The notes under the pieces: generated by a model
What the model saw: only the letters and a program-made list of their open reading frames with translations
Database searches by the model: none
Told to the model about the DNA's origin: nothing
Position numbers and translations under genes: made by a program
Shown: positions 39,678-50,744 of the stretch, one piece after another
Position numbering within the stretch: the first letter of the stretch is position 1
Layout: every line of letters begins with the position of its first letter
From: Trichosphaerium sp. ATCC 40318
Lineage: Eukaryota > Protista > Tubulinea
Length of the DNA stretch: 64,000 bases
Direction: 5' to 3'
Assembly (NCBI GenBank): GCA_038496445.1
Contig: JALMLS010000448.1
Span: 62,001-126,000 of the forward strand

Positions 39678-40921
39678 ATGAAGCTGTTCATCGTCGTAGC
39701 TCTTTTGCAACTCAGTTTAACACATGCTGCTCTTTTCCCATCAAGGCGGACAACAATACTTGACTGATATCGGTTTATACGCCAGTGGTACGTTTGATAC
39801 TATAGTAATTCTACCGTTTGTACGATTGTTGACAAACGTAACGTAGGTGTCAGCGATTTATTTGTTCCGCATGCGCTTGAGCTTCCTCAAATAGTCGATA
39901 CTCATTGGGACATTTGTAATGGTTCAAACCCTGAATTCGCTAATTGCTTTGGAGATGGGCCACCATCAAATAATACAAGTGGATGCTGTTCAGCGTTTGC
40001 TGATCGGCTTATAAGTAGCTCTCTCATAGATAACAGTGATCTAGTTGCACCAGTAAGTAGTCGAAAAGCAAAAAAAGTGTGAAATTGCTCGTGACTAACA
40101 AAAACCGTAGGCTCAGTGGATGTCCTGGAGGCATTTTAGCGACCCAAGGACGGGTCATCATTTGTTTTCGACAACGTTTGAAACAAATCCAACCGAAGGT
40201 ACATTCTACAAACCAGTTATCCATCTCGACAAACAGCCAGCCTAAGCCATGACCGGACCACCTCCATACATGTGCAAAAACTCTTTTGTCAGAATTTTGT
40301 TGTTCTTGTTGACCTTAATGTTTGTTGCAGAGTGCACTTTGAGAGAAGTGTTGGGCTGATGATAAACTAGAAGGAGCGTTCATAAACGGCGTACCTGTGC
40401 CGATTGAGTGTAACGCCTGGAGTGACAACGACTACAGTGAATCAGACTATTTTACATTTACATCCGCTGTTGGACAAAACACTCTAACAATCGATTTGGA
40501 GAATACAGCAGGTGGCGGTGGTATTTTGATTTCTTTCACAGAATGTTCCTGTGCTACACCTCCCACCACAGTACCTCCAACTACAACTCCCCCAACCACA
40601 ATAGCTCCAACTACAACTTCTCCTACCACAGTACCTCCAACTACAACTTTCCCAACCACAGTACCTCCTACAACTCCACCAACCACACGCCTTCCAACGA
40701 CAAGTTCTCCTACCGCAATATCTCCACCTACAACTACAGCTTCTCCTACCACGGTACCTCCACCTACAACCACACCCGCTCCTACCACAGTACCGCCCAC
40801 AGCAACAGGAGCTCCATCTGAAACACCTACTACAACTGTTGGCGCAACAAGTGATTCTATGACCTTACTTACCAGCATTGGTTGTACCGCTATTTTTATG
40901 TTATTTTTAGTGTTATTGTAG
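39678..40921 (+). pseudogene. Cell-surface protein (signal peptide, Cys/galactose-binding-like beta-sandwich, Pro/Thr mucin stalk, GPI/TM tail) with two apparent +1 frameshifts
   Basis: Signal MKLFIVVALLQLSLTHA, motifs WADD...FING and GQNTLTIDLENTAGGGGILISF, PTT repeats and a hydrophobic C-terminus. The frame breaks at 39733-39736 and 40351-40352. Confidence 0.6.
40555..40850 (+). repeat. Coding Pro/Thr mucin-like repeats (PTTVPPTTT units)
   Basis: Repeated CCWACCACAGTACCTCC-like units within ORF 40397-40921. Confidence 0.85.
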
Positions 40922-41005
40922 GCTAAAAATAAATAACAGTGTTTAGCTATGATGGTTTTATTTATTTTTTTTCCTTGTTTCTTTGTTTTGTTCTTTTTGT
41001 ACAGG

Positions 41006-43844
41006 CTAAATCACCTTTGCCTCATGTGCTACCGCACATCCAACAATAATAGCATAACAAAATAGTAAGAACCCTCCTTGAATCTTTCCTATCTTACAAC
41101 ACCTCACTGAAGGTAAAAGTTAGTAACGTCATGGAGAATAAAATAAGAAAAGAAACAGAAAATAGCAAGTAGAAAAAAAATAACCAAGTTCTCTTGACTT
41201 GGCTGATAGCTACTTTTTTGGTCTTTGTGTTAATTTCTTGTTATCTAATTGTATTTAATTTTAACGTACACATTAGTGATATCCAACATATAACAAGAGA
41301 TATTAAGTAAAGTATAGAATACAATACAATATCCTATTTAAAGAAAAAAACAATTAGTCACTAGCTGGATTCGCTGCAACGTACCTTGCTCTCTACTTCT
41401 ACAGGTTTACCTCCCATTGTACTTAGTAACCAAGGGAGACCCAATGCAAATAAAATATCGAATACATTACTACCCTACATGTTGTCAAACCAAACAGTTT
41501 CGTTTAAACAAAACCAAAAACCAAGCTGTAAGAACAACATAAAATCTGTACCAAAGCATTACTGATAGCCATATTTCCACGTCCTGCGCGAGCAACAGCA
41601 ATACTAGTTAACATATCAGGACAACTTGTACCTATTCATAAAAGAGTTAACACAAGAAAACAAACGTCAAAAAAAAAAAAAAAAGACAAAAACTATTGTT
41701 TCCGAGATTGTACCAATAGCCAAGAGCGTGATACCAACAATTGCTTGAGAAATATTTAAAATACAACCAATCTTTGTGGTCAACATTGTCTTGGAAAAGA
41801 GATTTGTTAGAGAGTACATTTTGTATGGAGTGACAAACGCTTACCATCAACCATGTTAGAACAGCTAACCAAAGAAGACATACAACGAAACTAACAACAA
41901 ACATATACTCCGATTTACTTCCACCTGGTCTAGAGAAACGTATTAATACAATTATCCTTTCTTGATTTTACAACTTTTGTTTAGAGCACGTGTTTGGTTT
42001 TTGGACTGCAGTTTTGAGCAAAAAAGACTAGTGACAACAAACTTGTTGAAGTTCCGACAAAAAAAACACAAGCAACTGACGTACTTTGGTATTGTCCATT
42101 TAAACATAAACACCCAAGGCCATGCTACGTAGTATCTTATCTTTCCAAATAAAGTATCTGGAGGTGATTCCTTAAACAAGAAATTAGAAGGGACTAACAA
42201 GTCTGATCAACCGCACAACTTCATGCAAATCAGGTGCTGAAGAGGACTCTGATGAAGCAGCAGATTCTTCTCCTATTGTAAGTCTGACATGTGTCTCGAG
42301 TGATACAAGATCATCAGAGTTATTATTATTATCTTCAATATCATGCTGTACTCTAAGTGCTTCCATATCTGTAAGCTCTGTTGACATCTTTTTTTTTTTG
42401 TTAATTAGTATTTCATTTGAATAGTTTTTCGATATAATGCTCTACCTTAACTTTGCTTGTGTCATTATGTTCATCAATAATTACTCTCTCGTGTGCTTTT
42501 TGTTTTTGCCTTGTCATATGCCAAAAACCACAAGTGAGGTATAGCATGAACTTTGTAACCTAGACACCAAATAAATACAAAACTTCCTTGTATGGGTAAA
42601 AAAAGCTAAGTGCCGTACAAACTTCTCAAGGTACTCAAGTATAACATCATTATGCTTCATCATTACAATATATGCAATATATAATAATACTCCAGTAAGA
42701 GCTTCGTACCTAAAGAACAAGGCTTAGAAATATAAAGAAAGCGAAGTGTGGCAGTACCAATAAATCTTAGCGTCTAAAAATACAATCAAGAAATAAAAAA
42801 AAGAAATAATGTTTGCGAAGCTATCGCGTATAATGACCAAGTAATCAATTTCAAAAGCATGTGGTGATAATAGTACTGAAGCACCAATGATGACTAGAAT
42901 ATTAAAAATAGCTAAAAGCGGTGTGAGTGCGAGATAAAAAATAACGAACACAAATTTTTCAGTTTTCTACATGGAAGCTTCCATTACGCACCAGAACCGA
43001 TAATAGTTCCCACTCCAATGTCGTCTCTAGGACCCAATAGTGCGACCAAAGACATAAACAGCTCGGGGGAAGATGTACCTAAACCTGTAAGCAACAGAAA
43101 CAAATAGACGTAGTTTTTATGTTTTTTGGATAAATTAGCTCACAAAAGATATTTTTTTTCTTAATTTTAATTAGCTCCAACACGTGTTGTAGCCTATAAA
43201 AACGCAAGAGTATATGCATATGTATTCGCCAAAAATTGAATCAACACATGAAAAAGTCAAGCAAGGTGGCTGTTATGTCGTCAAATGAGTTTTCACAAAA
43301 ATTCAGGGAGAAACCTAAAACTTTGTTGTTTTAATGCTTAAAACTTACCAGCTGCCATAAAAGTTGCTCCTGCGACATCTTCAGATAATTTTAAGCGCGA
43401 TGCGATGATTGTTAGAGTATCTTTAAAGTCATGCTCGCAAATAACAGCCAAACCAATGAAAATGTACAAAACGACTATAAAACGTATACAGTCAGTTGCG
43501 AAGCACCATACAATTACTTTTCAAATAAAAAGAAGCCTTACCAACGATGTAAAGTGCGATTCCTCCGCTTTTATCAAACGAAGCGTCACATTTGTCATCG
43601 AGAAGTGTGAATGAGAGTGGTTTACGCACAGTGAATGATGTAGATTCCTCTCTTTAGTACTTGTAAGCGAATAATAAATTATTTACAATGAATGTTCGTT
43701 TAGATACCTTCGTGATATTGGTAAGACCTTCATTACAGCGAAAATCATGCCAATAGACAAAATGTATATTCCAAGTTTAAACAGAGTACTTTTAATACCA
43801 AGGAAGCGATCGCGAGAGCGAATACGGGAATGCGGAGGTTCCAT
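41006..43844 (-). CDS. K+-dependent Na+/Ca2+ exchanger (NCKX/SLC24-like, CaCA family)
   Basis: Alpha-1 repeat DVAGATFMAAGTSSPELF...GVGTIIGS, alpha-2 repeat GTSCPDMLTS...GNMAISNALGSNVFDILFALGLPW, plus TM exons. Confidence 0.92.
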
Positions 43845-44942
43845 GGGCTATTTTACTTGATGTTAGTAAAAAAAAACACATAGAAAGATACGGTGTCAAT
43901 GGTATGAACCTACGCATCGATAGGAAGCCAGTGCGTACGTACGTTGTGTTTTAGCGACTAGTTGGTTATAAATATAAACAATCAAATTTGTACCCTGTAA
44001 ATCGATGTTGTATGCGTTGATGCCTCACTTGGTACACTTGTGAAGGATACATGCAGAAATAAGCTGACTATAATCTCGTTGTGATTGTTTTTGAATAACA
44101 CTACTCTACTATACGCCAAGGCGCGTATTTGAATCCGTTAATGATTTTTTAACCCAAATAACGCTTCTGTACGTGACACATAGTATTGCGCACCTTTGAG
44201 ACTACACGCACGACCAAACAAACGAAACTGTTTAGTACGAACCTCTCGGATAAACCCCGTTTGGTTTTTTGTTTTTGAGATATTCTAGAGATGTTATGTG
44301 GTTTATATCGGAGGTACAGGCCAGTAATTTATACGCCAGTAGGACCGCACGAAAACCACGTGCGCGGCTTCGGGGTTTTTTTGTTTGAAAAACTTCCACA
44401 ATGTCCCTGGAGGTTGACATTCACCAGCTGAGTGTATTCATCGGAACCTTCAATCAGTTTAGTAACCGAAACTGGTGACGAATATCGAAGTGTCAAGCTT
44501 TTCTGTTCTTTCGAGCTTTACATCGCTCACTCCCTAGATAGTCACTGTTGAAGGAACATACTCTCTGGCCTTGGAGGACCTCGGGCACGTGCACGGATAC
44601 ATCGTAAGTTTGAAAGTTATTGTAAGAGCAGCAAGTGATTATTTGTTGACAAGAATTCCAAACATGGAAACGAAGAAAAAGTGGACTACAGAGACCCAAT
44701 TGATAGCAGTTATTAAGATGAAGATGAAAAGAAGGAGTTTAGGCTGTAGAGACTGTGTTTAGAAGCGTTCTTAGAACAGGTGCCTTGGTGTAAACTGTCT
44801 TTGCAACACCTTTTTTTTTTTTCAGCCAAAATCGGTCACATACTGTTGTTGACTTGTGCTCCATTGTAGAGGCTAAAATAAAAGCCACCTCTTTATTACG
44901 ATGCAAAGCTCTAATTACAATACTACGTACGCCAAAACAACC

Positions 44943-46109
44943 ATGAAGCAACGCAATACCAAGTTTAGACTAAAAACAACTTCTAGAGGGATTTTAGACA
45001 TTCCTACGGAGATACTGGTTACTTTACTGGCGTTTGTGGATGAATCCAACAGATTTCGTGTTTCTGAAAGCTGCAAACGACTATCAGATGTCATACGCTT
45101 CCACGTTGGTTATGAGAAAAAATGTGTTAGCTCCACCTCTTGTTGCTCTCTTCTTTCGGGAAGTCCGATTCTCAATAAAACTCCGATAGGATTTGAGGAT
45201 TTTCCCAATGCAAAAGACAGTGATCTTTCTCTACTTTCTGGTGTTCGACATGTCGAGCTTTGGGGAAATATGAATATCACAGATGAAGGATTAAAAGCTA
45301 TTTGTGGTGTGCGTCACCTGAGTGTATGCGAATGTCATGGTATCACAGACAAAGGCATCGTACATCTCGCTAAGCACCTAAAATACATCTATTTGATGGA
45401 TGTTCCAGGAGTTACTACGTCGGGATTGAAGGCACTTGCAGGCATACCACGGATTGAGTTACCTCGAATTAATAATCTTACTGATGACGTATTGTTGGCG
45501 CTTGCTGGAGTGCATACTATAGATTTGCGTAGATGTACACTCATCACAGATAAAGGTATTTCAGCTTTGGAAGGCGTACATACTGTCAACTTGGAAGCTT
45601 GTGAATTGATAACAGATGAAGGCGTCAAGGCGTTATCTGGTGTACACACTATCGATTTATCGTATATAAACGTGACAGATGAAGGTATCAAGGCGTTGAA
45701 AGGCGTACACAATATCAACTTGGGTAGTTGTGGATTGATAACAGATGAAGGTGTCAAAGCGTTGTCCGGTGTACACACTATTAATTTATCATACACAAAT
45801 GTGACAGATGAAGGTATCAAGGCGTTGGCAGGTGTACATACTATTAAGTTAGTCAAAACATATGTTACAGATGTAGGCATTAAAGCTTTAGCTGGTGTAC
45901 ATACAATTAATCTTGCTACATGTCGAAATATCACTGCAGCAAGTATGAAGAGTCTTGAAGGCGCATGTGAAGTTGATTTATCCTTTACAAACGCAACAGA
46001 TGATTGGCTTTCTCCTCTCTCGGGTGTGAAGGAACTAACGATTTTTGGATGTAACGTTACAGAGGAAGGCGTCAAAGCACTCAAAGGGGTAAATATTAAT
46101 TCAGACTAG
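44943..46109 (+). CDS. Intronless F-box/LRR protein with short ~21-22 aa Cys-containing LRRs
   Basis: Within the 402-aa ORF 44901-46109. F-box ILDIPTEILVTLLAFVDESNRFRVSESCKRL, and repeats LSGVHTINLSYTNVTDEGIKA / LKGVHNINLGSCGLITDEGVKA. Confidence 0.9.
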   Translation: MKQRNTKFRLKTTSRGILDIPTEILVTLLAFVDESNRFRVSESCKRLSDVIRFHVGYEKKCVSSTSCCSLLSGSPILNKTPIGFEDFPNAKDSDLSLLSGVRHVELWGNMNITDEGLKAICGVRHLSVCECHGITDKGIVHLAKHLKYIYLMDVPGVTTSGLKALAGIPRIELPRINNLTDDVLLALAGVHTIDLRRCTLITDKGISALEGVHTVNLEACELITDEGVKALSGVHTIDLSYINVTDEGIKALKGVHNINLGSCGLITDEGVKALSGVHTINLSYTNVTDEGIKALAGVHTIKLVKTYVTDVGIKALAGVHTINLATCRNITAASMKSLEGACEVDLSFTNATDDWLSPLSGVKELTIFGCNVTEEGVKALKGVNINSD

Positions 46110-46169
46110 TGAGAAAAAAAACAGGTATTGAAAGATAGCCTTTTCGGGCTTTTGTCCTTTTTTCGCGTG

Positions 46170-48227
46170 TTATTTTAATTGTACAGTGCCTTTAGCCAAT
46201 ATGGCAAAAATGGCTCCACCCGCAAGGTTTATTCCGGTTACTAAAAGTAAAGCCATTGTGTAATTATCAGTCTTATCAAGCAAAATACCTGTAACTAAAA
46301 AAAAATAAGAATAAATATATCAATCACTTTTTACTCCATAACATATAATGTCAGTAGATTTGTACCTGTGTTACCGAGGATACCTGGTATAGCAGAAAAG
46401 GTGTTACACCATCCAAATATCACTTCAGCATATCTAAGGCTCACAATCAGATGAAACTGTTTCAGAATCTTCAAAAAAAAGACAAACCTTGGAGCTATAT
46501 CGAAAATGTTTGTGTAAGTCGCTCCACGAAATCCATCAAACGCAAATCCCATACACAATAAAAATACTATTAAAGTTGTGTTTTTAGTTGTAAGAAGGCA
46601 TAAATAACAGACACATGATCCAATTCTACCAAAGTTCTCAAAAAGCTTCCTAACATGAACTCTTTTAAGCATATTTTTCTCAATGAGTTTATCTTGAAGC
46701 CAACTACCAAGTACTCCAAAAGTGAAACTAAAAATGTATGGTAAAGCAGCAATAGATATACTACTCTTAGATACTCCTTTATCATTCAAGAAAGTTGGCA
46801 GCCACAACAAGAACTAAGCACATCAAAAAATTAGTTCCAAAGCATTCGTTGTGTTTAAAGTTCGTACAATGTAGAATCCAAATGAGTTTGTGATAACTGC
46901 CGCTGTAATACCCCATATTGCAGGAGACTTAATACACTCCCAAAGTATACGTAGCTCTGTCTGGTGCCGAAAAAAACCATGTTAGCAAAGGCAACTCTTG
47001 CTAAAAAGTGTACAAGTTGTTTATCTCCATGAAACTCTCTTGTCAGAAGAATATACTGCTTCTCGCTCTCTGAAATATATGGTGTATCTATGGGATCATT
47101 ATAAAGTAAATAATAATACGGTATAATCCATAGCAGCCCAGCACTTCCGAAAATATAGAAAACATATCTCCATCCTAAATTGATCTAATTTAAGGAATCA
47201 ACATACAATCGATTTCTGATCGGCGTGTTGACTTACAGATATAAATGGCGATATGGAAACACCAGCTATGAGTCCAAGGTAGAGTGCGACATAAGCAACA
47301 GATGTTGCCCTAGTCCGTTCTTGAGCAGGAAACCATCTCGAAAGGAAGTAATACAAAGCAGGAAAAGTAACACCTTCTGCTAGTCCCATAACAACACGAA
47401 CCTATGTAGTTTTACAACTGAAAGTTGGCACGAACTATACATACCAGTATGAGCATGAAAAAATTACCAGCGAACACGCTGGTTAGTATAGTACACAAAC
47501 TCCACCCTACACGAGCATGAGTCAATTAGTACTATCTTACACCTACCAACAATGCCTACGCCAAGCACTACTTTGGCTCCCCACAATGAACAAGCAATAC
47601 CAGAAGGAATCTCTAACAATTTGTCATGTCAACAATACAATAAGTATTATACCAGATATTACATATCTAAAAATGAGTTAGACTGTTTGTCTACTCCATA
47701 TTAAAGGGGTACCCATAGAAGAATGATGAAAATATCACACCCTTTTTGCACTAAGTTATTGCCTTTTGAAGTATGAAAATCACGTGAGCGACATACCTTT
47801 TGAGTTTCAGTCCAATTATACTCTTGTTGCATATCCAAGATAGCAGAACCAATATTCGTTCTATCTAAACAAAAGAAAAGCGTTAACAAATTGCGTAAAC
47901 CAGAACAAAAAAAAAAAACAATCTCCACCTGAGTAATTAATAAATATCGCCAAGCAAAGCACTCCAAGTATCAAAAAACGTGATTTAAATATCCCTCCAC
48001 ATGTTTGATGCGTTTTCACTTGTATTGGAGCTGCTAAGTTTTCCAGAGTGTCAGAATCAGTTGTTTCTCTGTAACATTGATAATCAGTACGGAATAAGTG
48101 TGTTGAGGGTACGAAGTAGACCCAACAAGACACGAACAGGTACCAACACAAAAGTTATTCATTACGTTGTTAGTTCCTCCAGTTCTATCGCATCATTGTC
48201 TGCTAGGCTATCAGCGAGTCGAAGCAT
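46170..48227 (-). CDS. MFS anion:cation symporter (SLC17/sialin-like)
   Basis: Motifs INYSDRTNIGSAI, WTETQKGVIFSSFYGY, RVVMGLAEGVTFPALYYFLSRWFPAQERTR, WRYVFYIFG, WLPTFL and DIAPRYA. Confidence 0.92.
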
Positions 48228-48512
48228 TGTAAATAACTAAACTAACGCCACACTGACGAAAAGTCAATCTTGGTATTGGTTCCAATCCAAACAAGAGTAG
48301 TCGAGTACTCGACTCAAACAAGTCGTCGCTTTGCCCTAATTATAGGCTTTACCGTTAAAAAATAATGAATCACGTGACAAGTGATGCAATCAGGACTAAT
48401 TTACAAGGTGAGAAGCGACAGGTACGAACGAATAATCAAACGAACAAAAAAAATGAGAAAAAAAACAAAGGCGTTTGTACAATACTATAAAACAAGGTTT
48501 GTGTTTATTTGA

Positions 48513-49461
48513 TTAAACAGTTGCGGTAAGACACTTTTCAATACATTCATGAAAGTCTTTCTTACAGTTATCAAGACGAACTTGTAAGCACTCAGAGATT
48601 GCTTCTTTACATGCAGTACATGCTTCAGGAAGGAGTGAATCTTCAGCAGCGATAAGGGTTGCTCCAGATGCGACTTTAGAGTCATCTACATCAATTGGAT
48701 TCTCGGCTTGTTCATCGTCGCTATGCTCTCCCTTGTGGTCGCCCATTGGGTGTTCACCATGTTCTCCATGATGTTTACCTTTGTGGTCGCCGTGTTTACC
48801 GTGATGTTTACCTTTGTGATCGCCCATTGGGTGTTCGCCGTGTTCACCGTGATGTTTGCCTTTGTGGTCGCCCATTGGGTGTTCGCCATGTTCTCCATGA
48901 TGTTTACCCTTGTGGTCACCGTGTTTACCGCGATGTTTGCCTTTGTGATCACCCATTGGATGTTCTCCATGCTCACCGTTGTGTTTACCTTTGTGGTCGC
49001 CCATTGGATGTTCTCCATGTTCGCCATTATGTTTGCCTTTGTGGTCGCCCATAGGATGTTCTCCATGCTCGCCGTTGTGTTTGCCCTTGTGGTCGCCCAT
49101 TGGGTGTTCGCCGTGTTCGCCGTTATGTTTGCCCTTGTGGTCGCCCATTGGATGCTCTCCGTGTTCACCGTGTTTACCGTGATGTTTACCCTTGTGGTCG
49201 CCCATAGGATGCTCTCCATGTTCGCCGTTATGTTTTCTATTATGCCTACCGTGTCCTTTGTGCTTTTGCTCCGAGTCATCAGCGAAACACTAAACACGCG
49301 AGTCAGTATAAAATACACGAGCATACAAGTAAAAGAAAATAGAATTACAAAACGCGCTGTAATTACAGCGACCCCTGCGATAACATGCCGTTAAAAATAC
49401 GTACGCAAGTAATAACTAGGACAGCAATAAGAAGTATAGCAATACGGGAAGCAGATGTCAT
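48513..49461 (-). CDS. Secreted histidine-rich repeat protein with C-terminal six-Cys module
   Basis: Exon 1 is the signal MTSASRIAILLIAVLVITC, followed by a GTACGT intron. Exon 2 reads CFADDSEQKHKGHG, then GEHGEHPMGDHKGKH repeats, then CTACKEAISECLQVRLDNCKKDFHECIEKC. Confidence 0.85.
48730..49235 (-). repeat. Coding tandem repeat, 48-nt (16-aa) unit with shorter variant units
   Basis: Recurrent TTGTGGTCGCCCATTGG on the + strand at about 48-nt spacing. Confidence 0.9.
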
Positions 49462-50744
49462 GATGAGATGAGGTGTGTTGCCCGTGTGGTGATTGAACTT
49501 TTTGATTTATTTGTGAACTTCTAAAAAAAGGTCGCCGCAATTTTCGGACAAATGGCCGATACATTAAAACTACGCAATTTAAAAACTACGATAATACCCC
49601 GTATGGCTTAGTAAGTAATAAAGAAAGATACTGTAGGCGTTTAACTCGAGAGTTATAGATTTGGTGCAAGAAAAGCCGGAATTTCTCTAATTCCGGTTTA
49701 AATAGCGGCAAGGTGCAGCAACGTACGTTAAAATGCTAATTGGAACGTTTTTGTCGTCACTACCTCGTGCCGTTATTTGCGGGTTTCGCAAAAACAAGAG
49801 ATGGAAAGGGAGAGTTTTGGTAGACTACCTATGTGGTTTTAAGAAATGGGTACAAGCGGGTGAACCTTTTTGAAGCCTATTTTATGTGAAAAGAATTTCG
49901 ATAAAAGCAAAGCCACCACTTTGTTCCTGACCAACAATCGATACTGTTACCATTGATGTATCTGCCACCAAAAATCACGTGAGCGTTTAATACGTGTAGA
50001 CACGGGACGTTACTAAGTAAATCAAACCAGATACAACTTTGTAGATTTTGCCGTTAGATCAATATATGGGTTTTTTATGTTTTTTTTTCCTGCGTTGCAA
50101 CAAGAGCCTGTCGTAACCTTTCATACAGTATTTCTTGTTGAAATTAGAACAGCATAAGCATGCAACACTTGCGCTTTCATGCAATCAAACCTATGGTTTT
50201 AGTAGCAACTTTTTAGACAACATTATATTCGCTTCATAGAGCTCTTTAAATAGCTTTTTAAAATGTCATCTTGTCAATTGCAGGCTGTGAAGATTCCATC
50301 AAACGCAACCAATCTCACTGCTCATTCAGGTTTCGCCGTAATGCTTCGCTTTGTAGATGACGCACAAGTTTGCCAAGCTTGAAAACGTCGGCCGTTCAAT
50401 CTCATCGAAGCGCAAAGAAGTTCTGCTAAACAACATTCTCTTTTTTTTCCTACACGCAACAAATTGATTTGTATTGTCTAGTTATTCCGTATCTCAATGT
50501 AGAGCGTACTCGTATACAGTTTTATTGTAGACGCCTAACAGTAAAAAAAGCTCAAACCAATCGATGAAGAAGAAAACAGCTTGGTTAATAAAATAGTTAA
50601 TCTGTTTTAAGAATGTTTGACCTTAGACAAAATGTACAATTCAATAAGTACTGTAAAGATACAAAATGGTAATTCTTGTATTTATTTATGTACAATGGGA
50701 CAAAATGAACTATGTTTAAATTCACATTCAAGGTCACCAAGGCT

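Noticed and set aside
45389-46084. 231-aa antisense ORF (similarly 40447-40878 and 50767-51270)
   Set aside because: These are antisense shadows of repetitive or biased sense coding sequence.
48730-49235. CRISPR-like periodic repeat
   Set aside because: There are no unique spacers, the repeat is protein-coding, and the context is eukaryotic.
48686-49394. Overlapping ORFs in several frames (hydrophobic, Cys-rich, WATT repeats)
   Set aside because: These are by-products of a 48-nt stop-free tandem repeat. Only the His-rich frame connects to a signal-peptide exon.
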